Part shown: positions 19,128-28,267 of the stretch, piece by piece
Position numbering within the stretch: the stretch's first letter is position 1
Layout of the letters: every line of letters begins with the position of its first letter
Origin: a virus
Direction: 5' to 3' (one strand)
Length of the DNA stretch: 64,000 nt
IMG/VR virus record: IMGVR_UViG_3300025138_000014
Span: 87,330-151,329 of that record
Position numbers and translations under genes: made by a program
The notes under the pieces: generated by a model
Databases searched by the model: none
Told to the model about the DNA's origin: nothing
What the model saw: the letters and a program-made list of their open reading frames with translations, nothing else

Positions 19128-20009
19128 ATGGCCGAACTAACAGAGACCCAAGAAGGTACACGACAAGCACAAAAAGGTTTTATCTATGAAAGAAATGTCT
19201 TTGATGCTTTGAAGAAACCAGTCTTTAATATTATCCCTGATGGGTTTAGTCCAGCTGGTGCATCATCTAATCAACCAGACTTGAAAATACAAAAGATGAT
19301 GAAAACTAACCCACCAAGAGTAGCAAAAAGTGGAGTTGAATTAAAGATTTCTGCTGCGGCTGCTGGGTCTCTTAAAATAGAATATAATCCAGATGCAAGA
19401 CAGGGTAGCAGATGGGCTGTAGGTAAAGAAGGTGAATTGAGTAAAGAAAAGAAATTCATTCAATCAGTGGCTGCAAGAGAGAAAATTGCACAAAAATTAA
19501 ATGCAAAACCAGAGGACGGCGGTTGGAGAACCAATAAGACACCATTTGCTTATATGGCACGTAAGGACAAAAGATCCGTTCCTCCGATGGAAAGATACGA
19601 GCAAGATATGAAAATGTATAAAAGCATTACAGGTTCTATGGATGCACGATACATTGAAAGATATTACAATTTAAAAGACACTTACTATATAAATATTGGT
19701 ACAAGGGGTTTCTATTTACTTGGAACAAAAAACCCTCTAAACATAAATCGAGCAAGGAGCGCCAAAGGATCTTATGAACCTATTATACCATTTTCTAGTG
19801 TTGCTCAAACATCTTGGAGGGCAAGAGTACAGAAGAAAACAGAGGCAGGTGGATATCAGTTCACGTTAGAATTTGTGTTTACTATACCTGCATATAATCG
19901 GTCTCCTTTAAATATCGGACCGATTAGATCAGATGGCAAGACAGTTGATATTTACAACATAAGGGCGCAAGCGGATAATCTACAGAGTATATTCGGAATG
20001 GGTCGTTAG
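19128..20009 (+). CDS. putative PD-(D/E)XK endonuclease
   Basis: GFIYE...QPDL...VELK. Confidence 0.55.
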   Translation: MAELTETQEGTRQAQKGFIYERNVFDALKKPVFNIIPDGFSPAGASSNQPDLKIQKMMKTNPPRVAKSGVELKISAAAAGSLKIEYNPDARQGSRWAVGKEGELSKEKKFIQSVAAREKIAQKLNAKPEDGGWRTNKTPFAYMARKDKRSVPPMERYEQDMKMYKSITGSMDARYIERYYNLKDTYYINIGTRGFYLLGTKNPLNINRARSAKGSYEPIIPFSSVAQTSWRARVQKKTEAGGYQFTLEFVFTIPAYNRSPLNIGPIRSDGKTVDIYNIRAQADNLQSIFGMGR

Positions 20010-20047
20010 CGATATTTGTTATTAATGTAAAATAATGGAGAATAACA

Positions 20048-20536
20048 ATGATCGACCCACTCACAGCAATAGCTGCTGCATCGGCCGCATATAAAGGACT
20101 TACTAAAATAGTCCAAGCAGGGCAAGAACTTGAAAATTGTACAGACCAATTAGGAAAATGGTTTGGTGCACTTAATGATATTAATAGAGCAGAAGAACAA
20201 AGAAAAAGACCACCATTACACGCTAAGTTAATGGGTTCTGGTTCCATTGAGGAAGAAGCCTTTGCTATAATATCACATAAGAAAAAGATGAAAGAACAAG
20301 AAAAAGAAATTATGTTTATGTTGAATATGAGATTTGGTCCTAATACATGGGACGAAATGATGGAGTTAAGACGAGCAATTAAGAAAGAACGTGAAGATAC
20401 CATATACGCCGCCGAAGAGTTTAAGCATGCAGTTTTAAATGGTGCAATTATGCTTGCATTATCATTTGGTATAATATTTGCGGTATTTGGTGGAGTTTAT
20501 TTAATCGGAACGGTACAAAACCCACCTTGGTGGTAA
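20048..20536 (+). CDS. membrane-anchored hypothetical protein
   Basis: MIDPLTAIAAA N-terminus, C-terminal TM. Confidence 0.75.
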   Translation: MIDPLTAIAAASAAYKGLTKIVQAGQELENCTDQLGKWFGALNDINRAEEQRKRPPLHAKLMGSGSIEEEAFAIISHKKKMKEQEKEIMFMLNMRFGPNTWDEMMELRRAIKKEREDTIYAAEEFKHAVLNGAIMLALSFGIIFAVFGGVYLIGTVQNPPWW

Positions 20537-20604
20537 ATTAACTGTTTACAAGCTATTCATTATATGATATTATAAAGTTATATGATAAATAGGAGAAATA
20601 ATTA

Positions 20605-21828
20605 ATGTTAACCTTTAGTCAACTCAAAGAACAAAAAAACATGCACATGACTCATATAGAGGATAAAGTCCTTTATGGTGGTGTGAAAGGAACAAGACAG
20701 GCTATACTTGCACTTCGAGAGTTGCGAGATATGCTAAAAGGAGAACATGATGGAACAGTTAGTGTTAAATGGGATGGTGCTCCTGCTATTTTTGCTGGCA
20801 TTGATCCGTCTGACGGTAAGTTTTTTGTTGCTAAAAAATCAATATTCAATAAAAATCCTAAAGTCTACAAGTCGGCATCTGATGTCAATTCTGATACTAC
20901 AGGTGATCTTGCTCAAAAGCTGGTGCTTGCTCTAAAGTATCTACCAGAGTTAGGTATCACAGGTGTTATTCAAGGCGACTATTTATTTGAACAATCAGAC
21001 TTAAAGAAAGAAAAAATCAAAGGAGATGACTATGTCACTTTCCACCCTAATACAATTCTATACGCAATCCCAGCCAACTCTCAAGAAGCAAAAGAAGTAC
21101 AATCTGCTAAACTGGGTATTGTCTGGCATACAACATATAATGGCGCAAGTTTTCAAGAGATGAGAGCATCGTACGGCGTGAATGTATCTAAATTTAAAAA
21201 GTCCAAAAACGTGTGGTCACAAGATGCTATGTTAACTGATATGACCAACTATACTATGTCAAAATCAGAAACGGAGACTGTAAATGATCATCTACAAAAA
21301 GCTGGTAAACTTTTTAACCAGATTAATTCAACTACCCTTAAAACTCTTGAAGCTAATCAAGAGTTGGCTAAACTCATTGAAATGTTCAATAATACTTATG
21401 TTCGGAAGGGTGAAATCGTTAGTAGTCCGGCTGCTCATGCTACCAAGCTTGTTACTTGGATATCTGAAAGGTATGCTAAGGAAATAACTAAGTTAAAGAC
21501 CGAGAAGGGAAAAGCAGGTAAACAAGCCAAACTAGATAGTATTCTGAGTTTCTTTTCTGGGTCTAATAAAGTATCATTAATTAAGATGTTTGAATTACAG
21601 CAAACCATTGTTTTGGCTAAACTAAACCTTATAAATATACTTAATAAGCTATCAAAGACAAAAACTTTTGTTAAGACCAAAAACGGATATAAGACGACTG
21701 GTCCAGAAGGTTACGTTGCTATAGATAGACTTGGTGGTGGTGCTGTTAAAATAGTTGATAGGATGGAATTTTCCTACAATAACTTCTCAGCTGATATATT
21801 AAAGGGATGGGATAAACCAGGAAGGTAA
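20605..21828 (+). CDS. ligase-like covalent nucleotidyltransferase-fold protein (DUF6267-like)
   Basis: VKWDGAPA (motif I), QGD, EGYV, VKIVDR; N-terminus MLTFSQLKE. Confidence 0.6.
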   Translation: MLTFSQLKEQKNMHMTHIEDKVLYGGVKGTRQAILALRELRDMLKGEHDGTVSVKWDGAPAIFAGIDPSDGKFFVAKKSIFNKNPKVYKSASDVNSDTTGDLAQKLVLALKYLPELGITGVIQGDYLFEQSDLKKEKIKGDDYVTFHPNTILYAIPANSQEAKEVQSAKLGIVWHTTYNGASFQEMRASYGVNVSKFKKSKNVWSQDAMLTDMTNYTMSKSETETVNDHLQKAGKLFNQINSTTLKTLEANQELAKLIEMFNNTYVRKGEIVSSPAAHATKLVTWISERYAKEITKLKTEKGKAGKQAKLDSILSFFSGSNKVSLIKMFELQQTIVLAKLNLINILNKLSKTKTFVKTKNGYKTTGPEGYVAIDRLGGGAVKIVDRMEFSYNNFSADILKGWDKPGR

Positions 21829-21831
21829 AAG

Positions 21832-22269
21832 ATGACTAAGTCATTAGAAGAAATACGTGAGAACCGTATTGTAGAAGAAAAGTGTGAAGATTGCGGTTGC
21901 GACATGGACAATCCAAAAGACGATTGTGATTGTAGTAACCATACGAATGTGGATGAAGCACTAACTATTTCACAGCGCCGTAATAAGTCAATCAGCATGA
22001 AAAGAAATAAAGCAAAAGTTGCTATTGGTAGAAAACGTGCCGCGAAAAAGATGGCTAGTAGTGCAGTTATTGGCAAGCGTGCTCAAAGACAAGCACGTAA
22101 TCAGATGGCTAAAAAGTTCACTAAAGATGTACCAAAAAGTGATTTAAGTCCAGCGAGAAAAGCTGCAATTGAGAAACGCTTAGATAAGATGAAAGGGCGT
22201 ATTAATAGAATAGCCAAGAAATTGGTTAAAGACGTCCGTAGAAAAGAAATTGAAAGAAAGCGCGGCTAG
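21832..22269 (+). CDS. basic putative internal virion protein
   Basis: MTKSLEEIRE N-terminus, CxxCxC..CDC, Lys/Arg-rich C-half. Confidence 0.65.
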   Translation: MTKSLEEIRENRIVEEKCEDCGCDMDNPKDDCDCSNHTNVDEALTISQRRNKSISMKRNKAKVAIGRKRAAKKMASSAVIGKRAQRQARNQMAKKFTKDVPKSDLSPARKAAIEKRLDKMKGRINRIAKKLVKDVRRKEIERKRG

Positions 22270-22272
22270 ATT

Positions 22273-23217
22273 ATGAAGTATAGTTTTTCCGACTATTTAA
22301 TTGAAGCGGAAGGTGCGGTATATTTTACTTTTGGTAGAATGAACCCACCAACCGAAGGTCATGGTAAGTTACTTGATAAATTATCAAGTTCTGCCAGAAA
22401 TGCTCCTTATATGGTATTCCTATCTCAAACAAATGATAAGAATAAAAACCCACTACAGTATAAAGATAAAATAAAATTTGTTAGAAAAATGTTTCCAAAA
22501 CATGCACGACAAATTATACTTGATACCAAAATTAAAACTCCAATGCATGCCTTAGACCACTTATATAACAAAGGTTATAAAAAAGTTGTTATGATTGCAG
22601 GTAGTGATAGAGTAGTAGAATGGGATCTTCGACTTAATAAATACAACGGAAAAAAGAGACACGAAGGTTTCTATAATTTTGAAGGTGGTATTAAAGTTGT
22701 ATCAGCTGGAATTAGAGACCCAGACTCAAAAGATGTAGAAGGTTATTCTGGTACTAAGCAAAGAGAATCAGCTAAGGCCAATGACTTTCAAACATTCTCA
22801 CTAGCACTTCCAAGAACAATGTCTGATAAAGATGCTAAAACTCTTTTCAATACTGTTCGGACTGGCATGGGTCTCAAAGAAGAAAAAGCATTTAAAAACC
22901 ACGTTGAATTTAACCCTGTTTCAGAAACTCGTGAGGCATATGTCTCTGGAGATTATCTGAAAGAAGGCGATAAAGTGATCGTTAAAGATAGTGAAGAAAT
23001 TTGCAAAGTTACTATGTTAGGTGCAAATTATGTTATAGTAGAATCCAGTTCAGGTAAAAGATCACGTAAGTGGCTTGATGCAGTTGAATTGTTAAAAGAA
23101 AAGAAAAAAGATCAACCTGAAGAAGGAACACCTGCAGCTACAGAAAAAATGAAAAAAGCTGTAGCTGGTCAGAAATCGTTTAAAGCATATATCGGAGCAA
23201 CAAATGAAAAAGTTTAA
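22273..23217 (+). CDS. HIGH-superfamily nucleotidyltransferase (cytidylyl/adenylyltransferase-like)
   Basis: FTFGRMNPPTEGH, NPL, AGSDRV, SAG.RDPD, SGTK.R. Confidence 0.8.
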   Translation: MKYSFSDYLIEAEGAVYFTFGRMNPPTEGHGKLLDKLSSSARNAPYMVFLSQTNDKNKNPLQYKDKIKFVRKMFPKHARQIILDTKIKTPMHALDHLYNKGYKKVVMIAGSDRVVEWDLRLNKYNGKKRHEGFYNFEGGIKVVSAGIRDPDSKDVEGYSGTKQRESAKANDFQTFSLALPRTMSDKDAKTLFNTVRTGMGLKEEKAFKNHVEFNPVSETREAYVSGDYLKEGDKVIVKDSEEICKVTMLGANYVIVESSSGKRSRKWLDAVELLKEKKKDQPEEGTPAATEKMKKAVAGQKSFKAYIGATNEKV

Positions 23218-23368
23218 AAAATTTATGGATGAGGGTGAAAAAGGTGGACTATGGGATAACATTCATAAGAAACGTGCACGTATTAAAAAAGGTTCAGGCG
23301 AAAAGATGCGTAAACCTGGATCAAAAGGCGCCCCAACTAATGCAGATTTAAAAGCTGCACAGAACTAG
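23204..23368 (+). CDS. small basic protein (54 aa, not in ORF track)
   Basis: MKKFKKFMDE..GLWDNIHKKRARIKKGSGEKMRKPGSKGAPT; GGAG SD. Confidence 0.75.
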   Translation: MKKFKKFMDEGEKGGLWDNIHKKRARIKKGSGEKMRKPGSKGAPTNADLKAAQN

Positions 23369-23370
23369 AT

Positions 23371-23643
23371 ATGAAAACCTTTAAATCTATTAGAGAAAAA
23401 GATAAGCATTATCGTTCCACTAAGTCTGGAGCAGGTATGACACAAAAAGGTGTTGATGCTGTAAATAGAAAGACTGGTGGAAACTTACAAACTGCAGTTA
23501 CTGGTAATCCTAAACCAGGATCTAAAGATGCGGGTAGAAGAAAATCATTCTGTGCTAGAATGGGTGGAATGAAAGGTCCTATGAAGGATGATAAAGGCCG
23601 CCCTACAAGAAAAGCTATGTCACTAAAAAGATGGAAATGTTAA
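23371..23643 (+). CDS. small basic protein (DUF6321-like)
   Basis: RRKSFCARM.GM...RWKC. Confidence 0.75.
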   Translation: MKTFKSIREKDKHYRSTKSGAGMTQKGVDAVNRKTGGNLQTAVTGNPKPGSKDAGRRKSFCARMGGMKGPMKDDKGRPTRKAMSLKRWKC

Positions 23644-23647
23644 GACA

Positions 23648-24190
23648 ATGATGAAATTCCAAACATTTAACGAGTCGGCCCTGTCCGCGCTTAGAACAGC
23701 CACTAAAGCACATGCAGGACAAACTAGAAAAAGCGGCGGTGCGTATATTAACCACCCTAAAGAAGTTGCCCGCTTTGTAAAACAATTTAAAAAGTCGAAT
23801 AACTTATCAGCTATGATTCAAGCTGCTTATCTTCACGACACTCTTGAAGATACTGATACGACATATCAAGACTTAGTTAAACAGTTCGGCGCTCTTGTAG
23901 CTGATATGGTCCAAGAATTAACTACCGATAAAGCAGCATCTGATGCAATTGGTAAAGGTGAATACATTGCAAATAAAATGGCTAAAATGTCCAGTTGGGC
24001 ACTAGTTGTTAAGTTAGCAGACAGACTTGCCAATGTGCAAGATATAGATACGAGACCAGCAGACTTTCAAAAGAAGTATGCAGCTCAAACTACATTAGCA
24101 ATTAAAAAATTAAGAAGTGATCGGTACTTGAGTAAAACTCATAACAAGATTATAACTGCAATTGAGAAGAAAATTAAAGAATATGTGTAA
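23648..24190 (+). CDS. HD-domain small alarmone hydrolase (Mesh1/SpoT-HD)
   Basis: AHAGQTRK.GG.YINHP, AAYLHDTLEDT, VQELT, VKLADRLAN. Confidence 0.9.
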   Translation: MMKFQTFNESALSALRTATKAHAGQTRKSGGAYINHPKEVARFVKQFKKSNNLSAMIQAAYLHDTLEDTDTTYQDLVKQFGALVADMVQELTTDKAASDAIGKGEYIANKMAKMSSWALVVKLADRLANVQDIDTRPADFQKKYAAQTTLAIKKLRSDRYLSKTHNKIITAIEKKIKEYV

Positions 24191-24191
24191 G

Positions 24192-24199
24192 TATAAATA
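24192..24199 (+). promoter_or_regulatory. T4-type late promoter
   Basis: TATAAATA. Confidence 0.75.
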
Positions 24200-24218
24200 A
24201 ATTTAATGGGGCACCACT

Positions 24219-24500
24219 ATGGCTGAGGAAAATGACCAGGTTAGATTAGACCGAATAGAACAGAAGTTGGATAAGTTGGCTGAAGCACTAATCACAATTG
24301 CACGTTTTGAAGAAAAAATGGATGCTTATAATGAGTATCGTCTAAACTCGTGGGAACGAATGAATAAGTTTTCAGAAAAATTAGATAACATAGAGAAAAA
24401 AGTTGACGAAAATGCTCACACAGTTACTGTTATTAACAAACTGTTTTGGGTTGCAATAGTTGCGGCGTCTGGCGCCATAGCAGCACAAGTATGGATGTAA
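24219..24500 (+). CDS. coiled-coil protein with C-terminal TM
   Basis: RLDRIEQKLDKL..., hydrophobic C-terminus. Confidence 0.7.
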   Translation: MAEENDQVRLDRIEQKLDKLAEALITIARFEEKMDAYNEYRLNSWERMNKFSEKLDNIEKKVDENAHTVTVINKLFWVAIVAASGAIAAQVWM

Positions 24501-24512
24501 AAGGAAAAAACC

Positions 24513-25925
24513 ATGAAACATAATAACAGTCTGAGTGCCATACTATTGTCACTCAAAGAGAAAAAACTTCACCCTAACCAAAAAGAGTTAGACAAAGATG
24601 GTGATGGTGATATCGACCCTAAAGATTTTGCTATGCTTAGAAAGCAAGCAGGCAAGATCAATAAGAAAAAAGATAAAGAAGAAGTTGAAGAAGCGCAGAT
24701 GGATAAAATGAAAAAGGTTAGCAAAGGGTTTGATGATCGCCGCAGCGCCACGCTCCATAATGATCACCTAGTGGGAAGTAAAAAGGCTTCAGGCAAAAGC
24801 TATGTTGACAAACACTCAGATGGAAAATTTTACGTTGTTGATGTGAAAGAAGAATCAGTCAATGAATTGAGCAAGAAAACTCTTGGTAGTTATGCCAAGA
24901 AAGCTATGACTGATAAAGATACACAAAGTCGCTTTGCCACCGAATATGAAAAGCGTGGAATGGCAGCTAAAAGCACTGCAGTGCAGCACAAGAATTTCAA
25001 AAAAGCAAACCGTGCAGATGATAAGTTTCGTAATCGTACAACTGGTATCAACAAAGCTATTGATAAACTGACTAAAGAAAGCAGCCTAGACGAAATCAGC
25101 AAAACAAAGATGGGTCAATATATCAATCGCGCTCATTCTGATAAAGACACTCAGACTAAACGTGCAGGTATGTTTGATAAAAAAGGCATGGATGCTGATA
25201 AAGACAAAGATATGTACAAGCAATTTGATAACGCTGATAAGGCTCGTAAGAAAGCTGCAAACAGAACGGCTGGTATTGGTAAAGCGGTTAATAAACTGAC
25301 TAAAGAATCCAATATCTCAAATAAGTCGGCTGATAAAAAACCAGAAGAATATACTGATGAAAAAGGTATGAAGCGGACTAGAATGGTTCCTGTAGACAGA
25401 CAAGTTTTAAAAGATGCAATGCCTTCACAAGCTGATGCAATTAAAGCGTTGAATAAAAAGACTGCTGCTCAGAAAGCTAAAAATACAGATAAACTTAAAG
25501 CTGCGGGTAAGATGATGCCTACTAAGGAATCAATAGGTAAAACAGCTGGAGATAGTAGTTATCATAATCTGCAAAAAGCAAAAAGAATGGCTTCTAAAGA
25601 TGGCCACGACTATGATAAGTTACCAGCATATGACCGTACACATGATAAACACAGAGAGTATTACGATAACAAAGCTAAAACAACAAAAGAATCAACTGAC
25701 TGGCCTATCTATAGAAGAATTATGGAAAAAGCTAATCATACATCTGATTCAAAAACATCCGAGCCAATGGATAGTAAACTACAACCATTTGAGAAAAAAA
25801 TGGTAGATGCTCATAAAGTTACTCCTCCAAATGAACTTGTAGATGTAAATAAAGCAATTGAAAAAAATCTAAAGACTTTGTCAACAGCACCTATTAAACA
25901 AGCTGCTAAACCAAACGGTCAATAA
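24513..25925 (+). CDS. Lys-rich repeat-containing putative internal head protein
   Basis: EF-hand-like DKDGDGDIDPKD; two ~76-aa repeats; recurrent TKES. Confidence 0.65.
   Translation: MKHNNSLSAILLSLKEKKLHPNQKELDKDGDGDIDPKDFAMLRKQAGKINKKKDKEEVEEAQMDKMKKVSKGFDDRRSATLHNDHLVGSKKASGKSYVDKHSDGKFYVVDVKEESVNELSKKTLGSYAKKAMTDKDTQSRFATEYEKRGMAAKSTAVQHKNFKKANRADDKFRNRTTGINKAIDKLTKESSLDEISKTKMGQYINRAHSDKDTQTKRAGMFDKKGMDADKDKDMYKQFDNADKARKKAANRTAGIGKAVNKLTKESNISNKSADKKPEEYTDEKGMKRTRMVPVDRQVLKDAMPSQADAIKALNKKTAAQKAKNTDKLKAAGKMMPTKESIGKTAGDSSYHNLQKAKRMASKDGHDYDKLPAYDRTHDKHREYYDNKAKTTKESTDWPIYRRIMEKANHTSDSKTSEPMDSKLQPFEKKMVDAHKVTPPNELVDVNKAIEKNLKTLSTAPIKQAAKPNGQ
24864..25310 (+). repeat. tandem ~76-aa protein repeat (2 copies)
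   Basis: ELSKKTLGSY..DKDTQ..NRTTGINKAIDKLTKES / EISKTKMGQY..DKDTQ..NRTAGIGKAVNKLTKES. Confidence 0.8.
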
Positions 25926-25935
25926 AGGATGGAAA

Positions 25936-26049
25936 ATGATTAACGACACTAGTACTGCTAAAATAGCAGAAGCGTATAGAAAGATGGTAGCAGATCAAAA
26001 CAAGCCTGCTCCAGAGCCAACGCCTGCTCCAATTACAGAGGAAAAATAA
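25936..26049 (+). CDS. 37-aa peptide (not in ORF track)
   Basis: MINDTSTAKIAEAYRKM..; SD upstream; TAATG coupling to next ORF. Confidence 0.5.
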   Translation: MINDTSTAKIAEAYRKMVADQNKPAPEPTPAPITEEK

Positions 26050-26354
26050 TGTTAAAAGCCCCACCATGGTGTGAAAATGCCATTCCAACTCCAGAAGGGT
26101 GGACTGATCCAGATACGGGTGAAGTTTATGTTTCTACAAATTTTACTGCTGAACAAATGAACACATGGGGTAAATCTGCTCCTGCTCCTGCTCCAGAACC
26201 TGTAGTTGAAATGTTAACTGAAGCACCTGCTTCTCAGAGCCTTTCTTCTATGAGTAAACTTGAACTTGAAGCACTGGGACGTCAGCATGGTATTGAATTG
26301 GATCGGAGAAGTTCCAAGCCAGCACTTATAAGTAGATTAAATGAGGTAATTTAA
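26049..26354 (+). CDS. hypothetical protein with C-terminal HeH/Rho-N-like motif
   Basis: MSKLELEALGRQHGIELDRR.SK..LI. Confidence 0.7.
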   Translation: MLKAPPWCENAIPTPEGWTDPDTGEVYVSTNFTAEQMNTWGKSAPAPAPEPVVEMLTEAPASQSLSSMSKLELEALGRQHGIELDRRSSKPALISRLNEVI

Positions 26355-26376
26355 ACTTATAAGTGAAGTAGACATA

Positions 26377-26733
26377 ATGGAATTAAATCAAAGTAATTTT
26401 TATCTGTATGCAGCTAAAAACTATTATAACCCTTTAGGCGTTGATCATGATGAATTTAGTGAAGACTTGAAAAGATTTAAATATGTGAAGCGATTAGTTA
26501 ACAGATATCTGGAAACAGGTGAGTTATCTGATCGCCTCATTTTAAATCATTTAATTGTTATTCATAATGTATTTGGTATAGAAGCCTCAGTTGAAATGAT
26601 GGCATTAAAGTTACAAGGGGATCAATGGCCAGTAATTAAGCCTTTTTTGATTTTTCTTAGGTATATCACCAATGAAGAATTAACAGGTATTGATTTGGAT
26701 AAAAAAGTTGTAGAAAGATTAAGGAAAATTTAG
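26377..26733 (+). CDS. conserved T4-like hypothetical protein
   Basis: YAAKNYYNP, EF.EDLKRFKYVKRL, RLILNH. Confidence 0.8.
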   Translation: MELNQSNFYLYAAKNYYNPLGVDHDEFSEDLKRFKYVKRLVNRYLETGELSDRLILNHLIVIHNVFGIEASVEMMALKLQGDQWPVIKPFLIFLRYITNEELTGIDLDKKVVERLRKI

Positions 26734-27294
26734 ATGGGAATATTAACAAGAGCAGCAGACATTACATATACGCTAAGGTTTTTGCGTCTGTTGACAACAC
26801 CATTTGATAAGACTACAGCATTTGAGTTAGGTATCATTGACGAGAAGGGCAAAAAGATCCGTAAGCCAAAAACAATAGCTGATCTTGCTGCCTATAATGC
26901 ATTTCATAGACTTGTATTTAATATCAAAAAGTTAATTCCTGGTAAGAGATTGGGAAGCTATGTAGCTGCACTCTTTTTACTTAAAGAGAAATATGGTGTT
27001 ACAATTAATAAAAAAATATTAGCTGCATCTGGAATAGATCCACTTGATCTACTATCAGAACAGACAGAATGGTTTTTATTAGAGAATAAGCAACTATCGC
27101 CTGGTGTGTATAGAATACATAATGAAAAAGTTTTAAATAATGATTGCGAAGATTTGGTAATGATGAGGGATAAAGTTAGGATTCCAGAAGATTGTTTTCC
27201 AGTTGGAGATATTTACGGTCTTGATGTATATGAAGCAATTCACTTTAGAAGCAATAAAAAAATATTCATTACAGCTGGAGAATTATTAAGATGA
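26734..27294 (+). CDS. conserved T4-like hypothetical protein
   Basis: RLLTTPF..T.AF.LGIIDEKGK, FHRLVFNIKK, AALFLLKE. Confidence 0.8.
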   Translation: MGILTRAADITYTLRFLRLLTTPFDKTTAFELGIIDEKGKKIRKPKTIADLAAYNAFHRLVFNIKKLIPGKRLGSYVAALFLLKEKYGVTINKKILAASGIDPLDLLSEQTEWFLLENKQLSPGVYRIHNEKVLNNDCEDLVMMRDKVRIPEDCFPVGDIYGLDVYEAIHFRSNKKIFITAGELLR

Positions 27295-27464
27295 AGAAAA
27301 AGAAAGTTGAAGAAGATGCCCCAACTAATGCAGTTGCTCATGGCAAGGTTCCTATGGGTCCGTTTGGTAAGAGACCTGACGTTGTCGACGTCACAGACAA
27401 AAGAAGAAAAAAAGATAAACCGCCAGTAGTCCTAAAACGGTTCAGAGCATATATTAATACATGA
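27291..27464 (+). CDS. small hypothetical protein (57 aa, not in ORF track)
   Basis: EEDAPTN motif; ATGA overlaps on both sides. Confidence 0.6.
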   Translation: MKKKKVEEDAPTNAVAHGKVPMGPFGKRPDVVDVTDKRRKKDKPPVVLKRFRAYINT

Positions 27465-27838
27465 TTAGAATTTATATAGCCATAGCAATATTTACTCTTG
27501 TTGGAGGCGCCTCTTATGGTGCTTATGTAACATGGAATAAAATGCAAGCTAAAATAGAATACCAAGCAGAAATGATAGCAACACAAAAAGTTGCTCTTGC
27601 TTCATCAGCAAAAACTATTACTGATCTAAAAAATAACGCACAAGAACAAGAACAAGCAAATCGTGACTTAGCTATTAATTTACAAAAAGCTGAAGCAAGC
27701 ACTGATGATTTAAGACAGAAATTGTCTGATCATGATTTGACTAGATTAACATTAAAGAAACCGGGTTTAATTGAAAGGCGAGTCAATGGTGCTACGCAAT
27801 CTGTGTTTAGCGAGCTTGAGTCTATTACTGCTAAGTAA
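27461..27838 (+). CDS. inner-membrane spanin (Rz-like)
   Basis: N-terminal TM plus coiled coil, KPGLIERRVN, overlaps a lipoprotein gene. Confidence 0.75.
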   Translation: MIRIYIAIAIFTLVGGASYGAYVTWNKMQAKIEYQAEMIATQKVALASSAKTITDLKNNAQEQEQANRDLAINLQKAEASTDDLRQKLSDHDLTRLTLKKPGLIERRVNGATQSVFSELESITAK

Positions 27839-28160
27839 TTGTACGGTCCCTGAGCCTGAAATAATAACGAATATAGAATACATTGAAAAGAGTATTCCCA
27901 TTCAAGCTAGGCCAAAAGCTGTTAACATGGCTGGAGTTGAATGGTATGTTATTACTGCAGACAACTTAGATGAAGTTATTGAGAAAATTGAATCTGATAA
28001 CGGCCAACTTGCTGTAATGGCTACCTCTGTTAGAGGTTATGAAAATCTTGCCCTTAATGTATCGGAACTCAAAAGATATATACTCCAACAACAGGAGATT
28101 ATAGTATATTACGAAAAACAGGCTGCGTCAAAAGATACCGAAGAAAAACTTTTAAAATAG
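27786..28160 (+). CDS. outer-membrane spanin (Rz1-like lipoprotein)
   Basis: Lipobox LLLSNC; YENLALN...YY. Confidence 0.75.
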   Translation: MVLRNLCLASLSLLLLSNCTVPEPEIITNIEYIEKSIPIQARPKAVNMAGVEWYVITADNLDEVIEKIESDNGQLAVMATSVRGYENLALNVSELKRYILQQQEIIVYYEKQAASKDTEEKLLK

Positions 28161-28172
28161 CGTTTTAAGCTA

Positions 28173-28201
28173 TTTACAAGATCACTGTTTTAATATATAA
28201 T
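28173..28201 (+). promoter_or_regulatory. early promoter for nrdBA
   Basis: TTTACA-17-TATAAT. Confidence 0.75.
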
Positions 28202-28267
28202 ACTACCAATCAAGATAATTTAAATACAAATTGCAAAGTCCGTTTGCGATATAAGGATGTTTTACAT

